Below, piece after piece: positions 1-13,235 of a stretch of DNA of 64,000 nt. The translations under genes were made by a program, and so were the position numbers. The DNA lies in the IMG/VR virus record IMGVR_UViG_3300045988_085724, positions 33,123 through 97,122 of that record; one strand, written 5' to 3'. The stretch comes from a virus. Each line of letters starts with the position of its first letter. Position 1 is the first letter of the stretch. A model generated the notes under the pieces. That model was not told where the DNA came from. It saw only the letters and a program-made list of their open reading frames with translations, and made no database searches.

Positions 1-28
1 TTGGTCCTTTATAACTAATTGTTGCCAT
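1..28 (-). CDS. 5' end of a further late gene that continues off the window
   Basis: ATG at 28-26 lies 8 nt after the TAA (36-38) of the upstream gene. It reads MATISYKGP.. and runs off the left edge. Confidence 0.35.
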
Positions 29-35
29 AATTATT

Positions 36-1574
36 TTATTTTACATTAGTAGCTTGTCTTTTATCCATTGTAGGCATATATGGAGCTGTACCCTATTCTG
101 TATCCTAATAGTATACTATATTATCTTTATTCGACCTCTATAAGAAGTATCTGTCAAGAATTGGTTTATGAGTTTTATCATCAATCTAAATTTCTCCATT
201 TTTCTTCCTAGGTGCACGGAACCATATATTCACAGCTTCACCTCTAAATCTTTTATTTACTCCATCTTGTTTATAATCTTTAGATTTTAGTTCACCTAAT
301 GCGTAAGTTCCGACTTGAGCAATTTCACTTTCATCTACGCCAGCCTATGCTGCCATCATTTTCAGTAAATTATTACTAGTACTGCGATGTTTGTGTGGCC
401 CGTCAGTAAAACCTTTATCGTTTGTATACATCCATCTTTTACTAACAAGTACGCTTCCAAGTTCATCCTTTGGAACATTATAATAACCTGTAAACCGGCC
501 GCTATTATCGTATACTCTAGTTATTCCTCTTCCAGATGGCGGATTTACTCTGTATGCAGGACCATTATGTACAGGGAATATGGCACCAGTATTTGTACCA
601 ATTCTACGATCCGCATCCTCAAATATATCTACACGTACTCCACCACCATTTCCATCTACATCGTATTTTTGATCAATTATCTTTTTCTGTTCATACGCAT
701 TGAGATCTAATGCATTATTAAAACTTGCTAGCTTAAACGGATCAGCCTCGTACTCTTTCTTCTTTAATTTATTTCGATTTGTAGATACTATTTCATCCAA
801 TAACTTATTATTTGCTTCTTCTGTTAATTGTTTATCGGACAATATTGGATTAGCTTTCCTAAGTTCTTCTTTAATTTTATGTAGTTGGAATTTGCCTTGC
901 GCACTACTAAGATATACAGGCATCTGCGCTTTAGCTATATTTTTTAAGTCATCAGAATTTAATTCGTACACTCTATTGCCACCTTCCATACCTTTATATA
1001 TAGGCTCTACGTCTTTAAACCATCCTTCAGTATCTCCACGTATTCCGGTATATTTATGCGCAACACCGTTCCATGCTCGACCAGATTTCAATGTGTCATA
1101 ATCTTTAAACGGACTATTTCCTTCTAATGCATTAGCATATTCATCGAATTCACGATCATATTGACCAGCCTTCTGAAGGTCACGTACATCTTTCATATAC
1201 TCTTTAGCGGCTTCTGCAGAACGTTTTAAGTTAGCTAAATCCTAATAAGGTCTACTATAAATGTAGTCATATATTGCACTTCTACCTTCGATACTTCTCA
1301 TTGGGTCTATTCCCTATCTACGTAAATCATCATATAATTTAGATGCTCCGCCTAAAGTAAGATTATAATACGCATCATTATCTTTAGCAAAAGGGCTTGA
1401 AAAACTTCGTGTATCTTTTACATACTCTTTTAAATCTTGCATTCCTTGCATATAATCTTGGCGCACAGCATTTGCATAATTCTACTGTGCTGCCAAGAAT
1501 AATTGTGCAGTTGCAGGATCAAACATGTCATCCATCTTATAGATAACAGGTTGTTCTTGTCCTAATATATTCAT
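36..1574 (-). CDS. virion/tail-associated protein (512 codons, TAG-recoded)
   Basis: One frame runs from ATG 1574 to TAA 36-38. It is interrupted only by 8 TAG (CTA on + at 1482, 1314, 1242, 345, 186, 138, 105, 93). Track ORFs 1482..1757 and 345..1196 are fragments of it. Confidence 0.75.
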
Positions 1575-1581
1575 TATTATA

Positions 1582-3726
1582 TTATTTATATAATGTTCTA
1601 TTAAATCTTCTTTCTTCCAGATCTGCTTTGCGATCGTATAAGTTAATAAGTCTATTATTATAATCTTGTGCGCTTGCAAATTGTTGCTGCTAAAATAAAT
1701 TCTTTCCAAGTGCTCCAAGCATATTAAGTCTACCTTGGTTAGCATTCTCCATACCAAGCAATCTACGTGCTATAGCCTCTCTATAAGCTTGCTGTTGTTG
1801 AGCAAGAGCAGTCTGTCGTCTAGTAGCATCTCTATCGCCAGCCTCCATTAATGCTTGTGCATAAGCTTGTTTATACTTATTATTTATGTCATTAGCTTCT
1901 CCGTACAATTTGGCCATATTCATCATATAGTTGTTACCATGCGCAGCTAACATCTTAGTACGTTGTCCAGCACTAAGTCCACCTTGTTGATTTATATTAT
2001 AAATACCTTGTCTATATGCATCACGTATCTATTGAGCTTGTTGATACGGATCAAAATACATTTGTCCAAGTATACTTAATGCTCTATCAGCATTGCTATT
2101 ACGGACATAGCTATTAGCAGCTTGTGGAGCAGAATTTTTATAATAGTTGTATTGGCTGTTAGGTATTCCGTATGCTCCAGCATATATTAATGGCTATAGC
2201 CAATTTAAATTAAATTTACCTTTATCATACTGAGGCATTGTACCGTCATATATATTCTATATCTTATGTTGCATTTCTTGTCTGTTTAATGGTTCTTTCG
2301 TGCTTTCTACAAGCTGCTATTGCATCAAGTCTAACTGCTTGAGGTTAAGCTCTTTAGTTTTGCTATCAGCATTTTTATTAGACTCAATCAACTTACGCAG
2401 TTTTTCATTCTTAGCGTACTATTTAGACATAGGAGCTACTTGGTCTGCAAATGATTTTCCATTAGTCCAATCTATATCATTACCTGCAATATAGTTATTG
2501 TCACCTTCCTGTACCGAACTATATTGATCATCTGCACGTTTCTTTCCTTTATCTATATAGGTCATCTTACCTTCATCGAAGTTTACAATAGTCTCTCCTT
2601 TACCAACCTTAGAGTTTATCGGGCCAAGATGATATCCATCTTTATCGAATACCATTCCATATCTACTTTTGCTAGGTTGATCTATTAAGTTATAATTTAC
2701 AGCTGTTTTTCCTCTATCGGCATTATATAAAGATGTACCAGTATAAGTATCATTATCGAATTCATTTCTAAGTCCTTCTGATGCTGCTACAGATTCAGCT
2801 TGCTTATTCTGATTAGCGTAACTTGAAATCAAAGCTTCTTTTCTGCGTCGTAATTCACGCTTACGTCTGTCACGTCCAAATAATGATCCTAAACCACCTA
2901 CGAGGCCACCAATTAATCCACCACCTATAATTCCAAGCGGACCGAGCGATGTACCAAGCAACGATCCTACTGCTAATGCAGATCCTACACCAGCTCCTAC
3001 TCCAGAAATACTATTGGATAATACTCTGTTATTTTCTCCGTACTTCAGCATTCTATCGTACGCAGAAGTATCTCCGAGGTTTTTAGTAGTATAATCAACT
3101 CCATTTACAGATTGAGTGATTTCATTGTGACTTTGGTCTATCATGCCTGAAGTTGGAATACTCGGACCTTTTGCAAAGCCACTTCCGAGATTATATAATC
3201 CGTACGCAGCACCTACTGCACTTAATGCAGTTCCAACAGTACCTCCTAAAGCTGATGTTGCTTGTTTTGTAGTTTCTTGTATAGCTTTTTTGCTAGCTTC
3301 TTCTCCGGCCTATTTTGCACCGGCAGACATTGCCTATCCGAGTGTATTATTTGCAGCAGCTTTCAACATCTGATCTGTAGACATCTTCGATATATTTGAC
3401 ATCATAGTTTTTGTAGAGGCCTATAATGCTGCATTAGAAGCTTTTTGACCTAGCCCGCCCATTATTGATGAATATTTAAATGCACCAGTCAATGGTTGTT
3501 TTAACATGGTAACATAAGGCGTGCCTGTACTTACAGCACCTTGCAATGATGGTTTATACATTCTGGCCTCTGCAGACATATCTTGTCCCTACTATATTGA
3601 AGGAGTACCTACATTAAAGTTATCACTTTGCTAATAACCAGATGCAGTCTATTTTGCTGCTAAATCATATCTAGGTAGTCCGTTTCGTATTTGTTTATAT
3701 TGTAATAATCTATCTCTTTTATTCAT
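1582..3726 (-). CDS. large structural protein with a glycine-zipper/TM-like block (ejection- or tape-measure-like), TAG-recoded
   Basis: Runs from ATG 3726 to TAA 1582-1584. Track pieces 2419..3144 and 1690..1953 join through TAG only (e.g. 3649, 3631, 3592, 3589, 2419, 1690). Contains GVGAGVGSALAVGSLLG..GGLIGGLVGGLG followed by RRKRELRRRK. Confidence 0.7.
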
Positions 3727-3728
3727 AA

Positions 3729-6700
3729 TTAATTGTATGATTGTCTAAATTTGGTTATTATATGTGATATTGCATGATCATTGTCATTACTATTCATCAA
3801 CAGTTCTTCTATCATCCATTTACCGCGTAATCTACGAATTCCATCTGCACACCTTGGTATCGGGAAGCATATATTTCCTTCTCTATTTGTATATTTATCG
3901 ATCATTCCAGCTTCATCTAAATCTGTATAGAGATTGCAGTTGAAATTATCGTAATCAGCAGTTTGTTTAGTATGACTAGAAGTCGTATTATATAATTGCG
4001 GGAAGACTATTTGCTGATTATCAAATACTTTTGTAACTGATGCATTTGGATTTACTACAAAGTTCAATCTGGCTGTATCATCAGTTGTTGGAGTTTCGCC
4101 ATCATTACACCAACGTGTATATGATGCAAAATTAGATCTTATCGAAATTGCATCAGTCTGATTTGTTAAATTATTATATACTGTAGCTAATTGTCCATTT
4201 AACACATCATACATAGACTACGCTATACCTAATTTGCAGTTAAATGCTAATGTCATTTCCTCACTTAAAATAGCGTTATTTTTAATTGGGTGAAACAATA
4301 ATTCATCGTTAATTGTGTCGTATGTAATTGTAGGTACTTGAGTATCGCCATTAATGTTTATCTACATTAGTGTCTTTACATTACAATTTTCCGTAAAGTC
4401 TAATACTGACATTTTAGTGCTACCATATGCGCCAGATGTAGCTTTGTATGCTGCAATACATTTATTGCCGTAATCAAACCAATATATATCGTTATCGACA
4501 TTTACTTTACACATATCTTGTGCCCTCATTCCAAACTTGGTACTTAAGTAGTCAGATCTCTGCAATACAGTTCCTTGTCCCAGTTGTATAAGGTTACTAT
4601 TTTCATCTTTAACAAGTGAACGCTCATTAACAGATAACTTACCAAATGCTTTAGTTTGCCAGAAATACAATGTATCTTGTGTAGTAAATAAATCAGTTAA
4701 TTCTCCGTATATTGGGTTAACGTCTATGTAATCCACAGGTTTAAATATATTCCAACTATTTAAAAGTTCTCCGTTAGTCTTTAGTTGTGAATAACATATT
4801 CTTTGTGTATAAGTATTCTACAGATATGTAGTGCTCTATGGAGAATATAAATCGTTACTGGTTCCGTTGTCAGAATAAATAAGGTTATATTGATGTACTG
4901 GTCTATCTTGTGAAGTTACACCCTTTATTTCACCAGCTTCAGCTTGTAAGTTAGCGTTATTTGTATTACGATAATTCATTCCATAATCGAAATACTGATT
5001 GATAGTACTTTCCATCGGAATATAATGTATTGTCTGCATAGACTGCAATGAACTCTTATCGTCATTAAAGTCATACGCTTTATACATGCCTTCGATCTCA
5101 TATATCTGTGTATACATATCACCTGTAAATACGCTCATCTTATTGATGTCATTTTCTCCTAAAGAACATGCTTTATAATCACCAAATCCATAATACGTAT
5201 CATATTGCTTAGACGACATATCTTTACCAGAATAGTGTATAGCAGGATGTGTGATCTCACATAGAAGTGTTCCCGGATAACTATTTAATTTAGATACTTC
5301 TTCCGGATCTTTAGAATTTACTTGAGGGTCGAATGATGGTATTAAAATTCCACCTAAAGCCGATGGACTGTAATAATTTGTTATAGGATTGGTCGTTATT
5401 ACTTCTCCAAAAATATATTTTAGACTGTGAGATTTTATTATTCCCCCGTTCTACGAATCTATTAATTTGCCCAATTGTTCTCTATCATCAGATAACTATA
5501 TTATCAAACACCTTGCGGCAGGACCGATTGGCCCAATAGAAGGGAAACTCCTGTGTTCATGGTTACCTGAATTCTCAACGTTTGTAAATTCAACGACATC
5601 CTTCCATGTACCTTCTGTCCATCCGAATTCATTATTTGTCCCTACAGGAATATCATATTTACTACTACAAACCCAATTCAAATAACTAGACGTAGATATA
5701 TTTTTAGCATATGATTTATATTTCTTTACAGCGTTACTTATTTTACTTCCATCCATGACATGATTAGAAAAACCATCCTCCCAATTAAGCATTCTTACGT
5801 TTGATATTTCACGTATCTACATAGAATAATTATTTTGGTTCAGATTAAATTTGGTATCTTTTGTAAACTAAACATTATCTATGTCTACTTTGTATCCGGA
5901 ATTTATATTGTTAGGCCTCAATACTGGCTCACCGTTGTCATATACAATTTTATTATCAGAATCTAGCATGAAAAATCGCCTAGAATATACAGTATTTGCT
6001 GAGTATAAGTACGACAATTTATTTACCTTATTGGATTTGTCTGATTTTGAATAACTTAACGCTTTATAATTTACATTTGTATATTTGCCAAATGTATAGC
6101 TGTATTTATCAAACCCGTCACTACTAAAATCTATAACAGGAACAAAACTTAACGAAAATATATGTGTTTTTTGTATCTAGTATGAGGCGACAGCACACTT
6201 AGACGTATAATCATCATATGCATCATCATTTGTAAATCTTACTATATCTGTTTCGGTTGGAGAATACAAATACAAAGCGGGCGTTAATGATATTTGATTT
6301 GTTTTAAGTTTGTTTAACGTGTCATCCACATACGTCTGTATCTCAGGGCAATATACCTAATATAGTCTATTATCAGACGCACCACTAGTCATTTGTTCTG
6401 GCCATTGTGTTGCATTGCCATTCGGATATGGAGTATATCCTATATACTAAGGATTACTTATAATAAATCCTGTAGGATAATATGGAGAGTACGTACCATC
6501 AACAAGTTTCTGTCTAACGGTACTTGCTATTACAACCTGTTGCAGTGATCTAGAATATTCATCTGTACGTTGACAACGTACTATTTCGTATCCGCATATG
6601 TGGTTTGTATTAGCAAAATCTTTAAATGCATCATTTAATGTAAATTCTATACCGATTTGTATTGTGCCTAATTCGTTTAATTTAATTATGCCCGGATGCG

Positions 6701-8438
6701 GAATTCGTATATCACCTATCCATATTACGTCACTTCTTGTACCGTCGTTCTTATACAATACTATGCCGTATCGGTATACTTCACCACGTTTAAGAGATTT
6801 GATACAACTACTTGTAATAGCATCATTATGAGTCACCTTATCTGGACGTGGAAACCCACAATCAGAAATAATATCATACGCATTCGGTAGAGGTACATTT
6901 TCTTCTTGGTCTTGAGGTATTTTGGGCTTGATATCAAAAACAGGTACAAATCTATCATCGGACAAATCGTACTGTAGATAATACGAATTATTTGTATCTA
7001 TCGCCTCATCGTCATCAATCTAAAGTAACTATAACCTCCATGAGATATAAACACCGCTACCTCCAATATAATTATTATAATCAAACATGGCGTTACTGTA
7101 CTGATTATCAAAATTATGATTTACATCGGCATATGGGTTTGAATAATCAGCATTGTTGAACATCTTATCGCTTATAAAAGCCTAAACTGCTTTATCACCA
7201 TTGTCAACCTAGTCAGGAGATTTAGACTCTGGTTTGTTATATGTATTTACATCTAGATACGGAATATTATACTTATTACCGCTAACCGGAGTAAACTATA
7301 TAGCCCAGAACTTTTTAAGATCTTCTCTATCTAATTGAAATATAGTATCATCCTTTACATTTCCAGCGAATAAATAGCCTTGATTTTGTTCAAGTAATTT
7401 AGGTATAATGTCCTGTCCATGTATCTAAGCGAACTCTTCAACGGATATAGTCTGTAAAGTCTTACGCCCGTTATCTATAACACTAATGTTTGTGCCTGTA
7501 AACTCACCGTCATATATCAGATCAATCTAAGCATTCTAATTAGGTTTTATATATTGTATTCTATATACCTATAGCCTATCGAATTGATCTATCTTCTCAT
7601 CAACTGCTATTCCTAACTATAAACCTATTGACGTAACTGTATCTTCAGCACAGCCAACTTCAGTATCACGAGAAGGATTTATGACTTGATATTTACGACT
7701 TAATGGTGCTAATTTACTAGTTACTCCATATTTCTTATAGAATCTATAAGTATATTGTACCTATGAAGTTTTAAGTTGTCCTCCTACGATTGCCTTATAT
7801 GTAATAGCATGTTTTGGGAAATACCTATTTTGACTAATTAAATCTATATCAATTTCTCCATCTGTTTTATGGGTTGTTTCATCTATTTTATACAGACTTT
7901 TAATATAATCAGTATCCTTTACATTGATCATCATTATCTTATGCTCGCCGTCTGCAATATATAGATTTACTACTTTGTCAGTTTCATACTGTAATACTGC
8001 CGAAACATTTCGCAAGTCAACTGCATCTTCTACTTTTTCTCGAATTTTTATTTTGCACAAGAATGCCCATCTGTATCTTGGTAATTCATCAGAAGCCTCT
8101 ACTTTATACAAATATATGTAATTATTATGTAGCTTAATTAAGATATTAGTGTCTCCTGACGTAATTATTTTTATTATCCGCTGAGTTTTATCGTCGTCGA
8201 ATTTAGGTACAATCTAAGTCGTATAAGTAATGTCTTCATTTAACGCTTTAACTGGAGTCATTACTCCGTATTTTCCATATGCAGCGATATCATTGTAGCT
8301 ATTTATTTTTGACGTACCGTACGGCCGCAAATTAACAGCATATATGTACTGGTTATTTTTAATAGTGTCATACGCAGAATCAGTATTCATACCACCAGTA
8401 AAAGTATTTATAAACGTATTATTCTGTTCAGTAGCCAT
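3729..8438 (-). CDS. giant tail/structural protein (1569 codons, TAG-recoded)
   Basis: Runs from ATG 8438 to TAA 3729-3731. Seven track pieces (8214..8501 down to 3729..4214) share one frame. I checked 6966-7340 codon by codon and found 5 TAG and no TAA/TGA. Confidence 0.75.
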
Positions 8439-9336
8439 AGTAATAATCATTATATAAAGACTGTTGTTTACCAATATTACTGAAGAATGTTTCATCTCCA
8501 TCCCAATCTGGTATTAACTTATTCCAGTCTCTCTTTATGTTCTGCATATCATCTGCTGTAGGCATCATAGCTTCTGCATATGCTTGATTTCTATAAAAAT
8601 TCCACTGTTGCTGTAAGTAAGAATAAACAGCACCGTTATTATTCACGCCTTTACCGCCGAGCTTTCCTTTAAGGTATTTTGAGAAATTTATTTTCATTAC
8701 TACATACCAATATATTGCCTCTTGATACGATGTCGTATCTGGGATAAGTGGATACCCACGCTCATCTGTAGCGATTGCTTTATATTGTAATTTAATGTAC
8801 CCATCTCGCATATTAGTAGCAATCCAACCTGGCTTAATAAAATATTCTGGTTTTTCATTAAGTCTATTGCGCAAATACTTCATTCCGTTTACTGTTGCAA
8901 ACTGTGATTGAGTGGTTGGATATTTATACTTCATCTCCTCGTGTTCGGGCTTAATTTCTTGCCTTTCTGCGGCTAAATTATTTGGGTCTGTAGGAAGTAC
9001 GTATTCTTCTTGAGCCTTAGGTATTTGTTTGCTTTTAAACAACCCTGTAGCAGTACTCATTGGCTGCCATGGTCCATTTTCATTCTTAGAATATGCCACA
9101 CCATCTAATACAATTAAATCGGCAGGCATCGGTATTTGATAGTCTTGTATTTTAAATATAGGTACGCCATCTATGCCAGACTCTCTAACTATATATTGCA
9201 TAGGTGCGCCTATCTTTTCAGTAGCTTCAAATATCCATTCTCTAATATCCTCAATACGCTATCTTACCTCAGACGAATCTAGGTCTGCCATAATCTTAGC
9301 TATGACAGCCTCACACTTAGTATACTTGTATATCAT
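8428..9336 (-). CDS. structural protein (about 300 aa)
   Basis: Runs from ATG 9336 (alternative 9291) to TGA 8428-8430, with one in-frame TAG at 9259. This extends track ORF 8428..9201 upstream. Confidence 0.6.
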
Positions 9337-9721
9337 TGATATCTATATAATCTTGTTTGTTGAATATTAACTAAGCTAGTTTACGTTTATTAGCGCGTAC
9401 TAAATTAAGTTGATATCTATATCTGTCTGGGAACGTCCTAGGTATCTTAGACCAATATAATCTAAATTTATACCCATCTGAATGTTCATTTAAATAATAT
9501 ATTCGCTTATTGTACTCTTTACTAGCTTTATAATCTACAGATAGAGACTTGCCATCATAGTTCTTAGGTCTATATTTACCAACCTATATCATACCTAATC
9601 CATAAGGCATTTTAAAGCCTTCTGAGCGCATGAATACGTGTTCTAGTATAATCTAGCACATACACTCTAATATGCGCTTATACGTAACGTAATCAATCTC
9701 TATTGGCATTCCTTTGTACAT
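9317..9721 (-). CDS. small basic protein, possibly HU/IHF-like DNA-binding
   Basis: Runs from ATG 9721 to TAA 9317-9319 (134 codons, 3 in-frame TAG). It is absent from the ORF track. The ..SEGFKMPYGLGMIQVGKYRPKN.. segment is weakly HU/IHF-like. Confidence 0.45.
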
Positions 9722-9740
9722 GTCTCTAAATGTAATTGAT

Positions 9741-10451
9741 TTACTATTGTTCATCTTGTGGTCCATGTGGTTTAACACTGGCTAATGTAGCATTGTTACT
9801 ATCATCGCTAGGTCTATTTAACATAAACGACAATTCGTTTTTAAGTATATTATTCTTGATTGGAGGAACTAACCATGCGGGTATCTTTACTTCATCCTCA
9901 TCGATATCATCTCCATCTTCAGCATCTTCTATATCTTCGTATATAGCCATTACCCAAATATACTTAAATTTACTATCATCAGGCAATCCTTGTACGTATA
10001 TATAGCCTCCATCATAGTAAGCAGTAATAGCATTACCTGTGTACTTTCTAAATGCTTGGTAATGTTTACGTACGTGATTCATGTACTGTATTATACAACC
10101 ATTTTGATCATGCACGCTAAGTATGCTTGATTCGTCGTTATTATATATACCTTCTAATTTTTCCTTGGTACGCTTAGTGTTGTTTGGCCAATGATCATCG
10201 TCTGTAGGATTTATTAACTCTAAGGGACCTTTTTCTCTAATAAATATATCATCTATATAGTCCTCAAGCAGTTCGTCGTCGACAGCCTACTCCTTCTATT
10301 TATCAAGCCTGTCTTTAAGGATCATCTACTTATAAGCTCTAATCCAAACGGCTATTTGATGTCTTGACAAATCTTCACTTTCACTAATATTGTTATTGCG
10401 TACTATTAAAAGTATATCATCTATAAATTCTCTTAGTGAAATATATGTCAT
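9741..10451 (-). CDS. hypothetical late protein (236 codons)
   Basis: Runs from ATG 10451 to a terminal TAG-TAA pair (9744/9741), with 3 further in-frame TAG near 10,300. Track ORF 9744..10115 is its C-terminal part. Confidence 0.65.
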
Positions 10452-10456
10452 AATTA

Positions 10457-11113
10457 TTAATTGTTTGATTCAACTATTCTTACATCTTTACTTTTAAGTA
10501 AGTCGTTTGTATTTACTATGTTGTATTTATACTTAGTAACTTTCTTAAAGTCCAATGTAAATAATCGTTTAAAGAAATTCTTTTTATTTTTATATTCTCT
10601 TTTAGTATATACGTATAGATATTGTTCATTTTGTAAGTCTATTGCTATATTTACAGTATCGTTACCTATAGTATATTTAACTTTAGTTAGAGGGTTATAT
10701 AATATACTATCTGTATATATACTATCTTTAACTATAATATTACCCCCTACCCCCTTGCTGCCTATAACGTTTAATACCTAGGTTTGAGTTGCTGCAGTAT
10801 GTAGCTGCTTTGGTTTTATTTTTAATTCTTTACGTACACTATCTAATTTATGAAGTACAGAATCCTTTGAATTCTGTAATTGTTCGACTGTAAGCTTTAA
10901 TACATTAGAAGCCTACTAAGAGTCGCTAAGCAACCCCTAATAGGCTTCAATGTTGTTCTAAGCTGTTTCTAAGCTCTGTGACAGCTTTTTATTCTAATTG
11001 TGAAGAATTACTCCCCAGCACAATAAAAGTCCAACACAAAGCCCGGAAATGGCCTTAAATAGAGTCTTACGATTGTTGAACAGATACTTCAGTATTGTTT
11101 TTATCGTCATCAT
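10457..11113 (-). CDS. spanin-like protein (N-terminal TM anchor + coiled coil), heavily TAG-recoded
   Basis: ATG 11113 lies inside the 3' end of the holin gene; the stop is TAA 10457-10459 (218 codons, 6 in-frame TAG). Reads MMTIKTILKYLFNNRKTLFKAISGLCVGLLLCWGVIL, then a heptad-like Q/L/K-rich region. It is completely missing from the ORF track. Confidence 0.6.
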
Positions 11114-11609
11114 GTTTTTTCAATTCAATTTCTACTCCAGTATAAGCCTCCCCTTTCTTCTTTAAGAATTTACTTAAAGCTCTCCAAGGACCGTTTGGAT
11201 TCAATGTATTTAAATTTTCAAGTATTGACCATATTTCAGTTAATGTTATAATAACTGTCGCGCCACCTGTCAATACAAATACGCCTTCGGTACCAAGAAC
11301 TGCATATTCAAGCATTCGTGCTAAACATATTATAGCGAACTCAGCTTTTATTTTATTCCATGTACCATGCCTAGTATGGTCACTAGTAATTTTGCAATGC
11401 TATTTCTTTGCAACAGCTATTCCATAGAACATATCTACAGTAGATGCAGTGAAACAACATGCGAGTAAGCCTATAATAGGAGTAAAGTAAGCAGTAATAA
11501 GTGCTCCAGCAGCAACACAAATCTTTCCTAGTATTGTGTTACCACTTATTGTATTTATAACTTCATAGATACTTGAGCATACTTTTATTATAGACTATCC
11601 TAAACTCAT
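11067..11609 (-). CDS. holin (Phage_holin_4-like), TAG-recoded
   Basis: ATG 11609 overlaps the TGA of the upstream gene (ATGA); the stop is TAA 11067-11069. There are 2 in-frame TAG (codon 5 and mid-gene). It has several hydrophobic helices, and ..TLTEIWSILENLN.. resembles the E-S-x-S-I-x-EN holin motif. Confidence 0.65.
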
Positions 11610-12034
11610 TGTATTGTAATATTAATTTTACCTTCTTTATAAGCTTTTTCTAATAACGGAAATAATTTGTCGTATGTAATCTTTGATTCGACCACTTTAC
11701 CGACAACTTTATTTTTACCTACTATTATACATCCTAGAGAATCCTTGGCTGTATTTCCAGTATGAATCCTTATACCTTCATAGCCTGGCACATTCAATAT
11801 GTGTGCCATTCTACGTTTAAATCTATTACTGTAATCAATGATTAATGAATATGTACCTGTAGGTATTGCTGTTTCACCGTACACTTTCTTTTTCTTTATG
11901 TCATTGATTGACATGTTTTGATTTAATCCACGATCTTTATCTTCAATCGTGTCGCAGAAATACACATTGTCAATATATAACTTGCCAATAGTATATGTTT
12001 CTTTCTTGGCTATACGTTTCAGTAATATATTCAT
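11606..12034 (-). CDS. putative cell-wall hydrolase (DUF5675 / YkuD-like His-Cys motif), candidate endolysin
   Basis: Runs from ATG 12034 to TGA 11606-11608 with no TAG. Motif ..VPGYEGIRIHTGNTAKDSLGCIIVG.. sits immediately upstream of the holin. Confidence 0.5.
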   Translation of the reverse strand: MNILLKRIAKKETYTIGKLYIDNVYFCDTIEDKDRGLNQNMSINDIKKKKVYGETAIPTGTYSLIIDYSNRFKRRMAHILNVPGYEGIRIHTGNTAKDSLGCIIVGKNKVVGKVVESKITYDKLFPLLEKAYKEGKINITIQ

Positions 12035-12038
12035 ATCA

Positions 12039-13160
12039 TTAATCCTCCCAACTACCAGGGTCACTAGTAATAGTTATTGTAATATTGTTCTTTGTAATAG
12101 GACTATATATCCAGAACGTGCGATTATCATTAGTATTAACAGTACACCCGTCACCTTGAGCACCAGTAACATCTCCTACAGATGCACCTGGGGTTTTAAA
12201 TGCTTCAAACTAAATTATCTGTTTAGGGTCACCTGACAGACAATTATTGTTTACAAATATTTCGGAAGGGCCTTCAACAGTAACAGTACTCTCATGAACG
12301 TATTTAACAGTATGCCATTTTCCAGAACTAACTACCTTCATTGTCGCATTTATAGCTACATTGTCCCTCAATAAATATGTAATCTCTGTATTCACATCAC
12401 TATATTTATCAATTCTATTAATTTGCCCGTTTTCACCTACAGCTATAGCAGATGGACCTCCATGCATGGCAACAGTAAACAATTCATTGAATTCATCCGG
12501 AGTTACTTCTTTAGATGCACCGTTCGAGTAATGAAGCTCTATACTATATACAACATGGTTATAATCCTCATCTCCAATATTAAATACTTGCTATGTTTCA
12601 AGTGTTAATGTGTTAGGAATACTTATGCTTGTTATATATGGAGTATCTAAGTCGATTACTGTATCTGTGTCAATATCTTGGTCATTACTGGTTAATGCAA
12701 ATACTACGCCTTTATCTATAGTATACGTACGTAAGTTATCTGCGCCCCATCCTGTTTGATACAGTGTAAGTACAATAACTACACGATATTCTCCTAATAG
12801 CTTCTAGTCTACAGCAGGAAAATAAGCCTCTATCTTATTCTGTTCGGCCAACAGTCTAGACGGTGCTAAATATTCCTTCTTAATGCTCATAAAAGGCGTA
12901 GAATTTACGCCAAAACCATTGTATCCAGGAAACCAGTGAGGAGCGTCTATATTGCATGGGAATACATTGTACATCGGTTTGCCACAGTTACATATATTAT
13001 ATTGTGCAGGATCATATGTTTGAGGAAACGGATTAACGTTGCTATCAGATTCAGGTATGAAATAACATCTCAACTGTTTGATCATCGTAGCATCAAAATC
13101 CGTTAATTCATGTAATGTAGTCTATACACGAATATCATTGCCTATTCTTATTCTTTTCAT
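12039..13160 (-). CDS. structural protein (373 codons, TAG-recoded)
   Basis: Runs from ATG 13160 to TAA 12039-12041. It joins track ORFs 12804..13085 and 12210..12482 through TAG (at least 4). Confidence 0.65.
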
Positions 13161-13170
13161 ATTATTCGTG

Positions 13171-13215
13171 TTAAAACAATAAAAGCTAGAATGGGTAAAT
13201 CCCCACCCTAGCTTT
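13171..13215 (-). terminator. rho-independent terminator after the abundant structural gene
   Basis: The minus strand reads AAAGCTAGGGTGGGGATTTACCCATTCTAGCTTT followed by TATTGTTTT. Confidence 0.6.
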
Positions 13216-13235
13216 AGTGTTTGTTAATATTTAAA

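Noticed and set aside
10461-10781. 106-aa plus-strand ORF in an apparently empty 600-nt gap
   Set aside because: The gap is filled by the TAG-recoded spanin-like gene on the minus strand (10457-11113). The plus ORF is a low-complexity antisense shadow.
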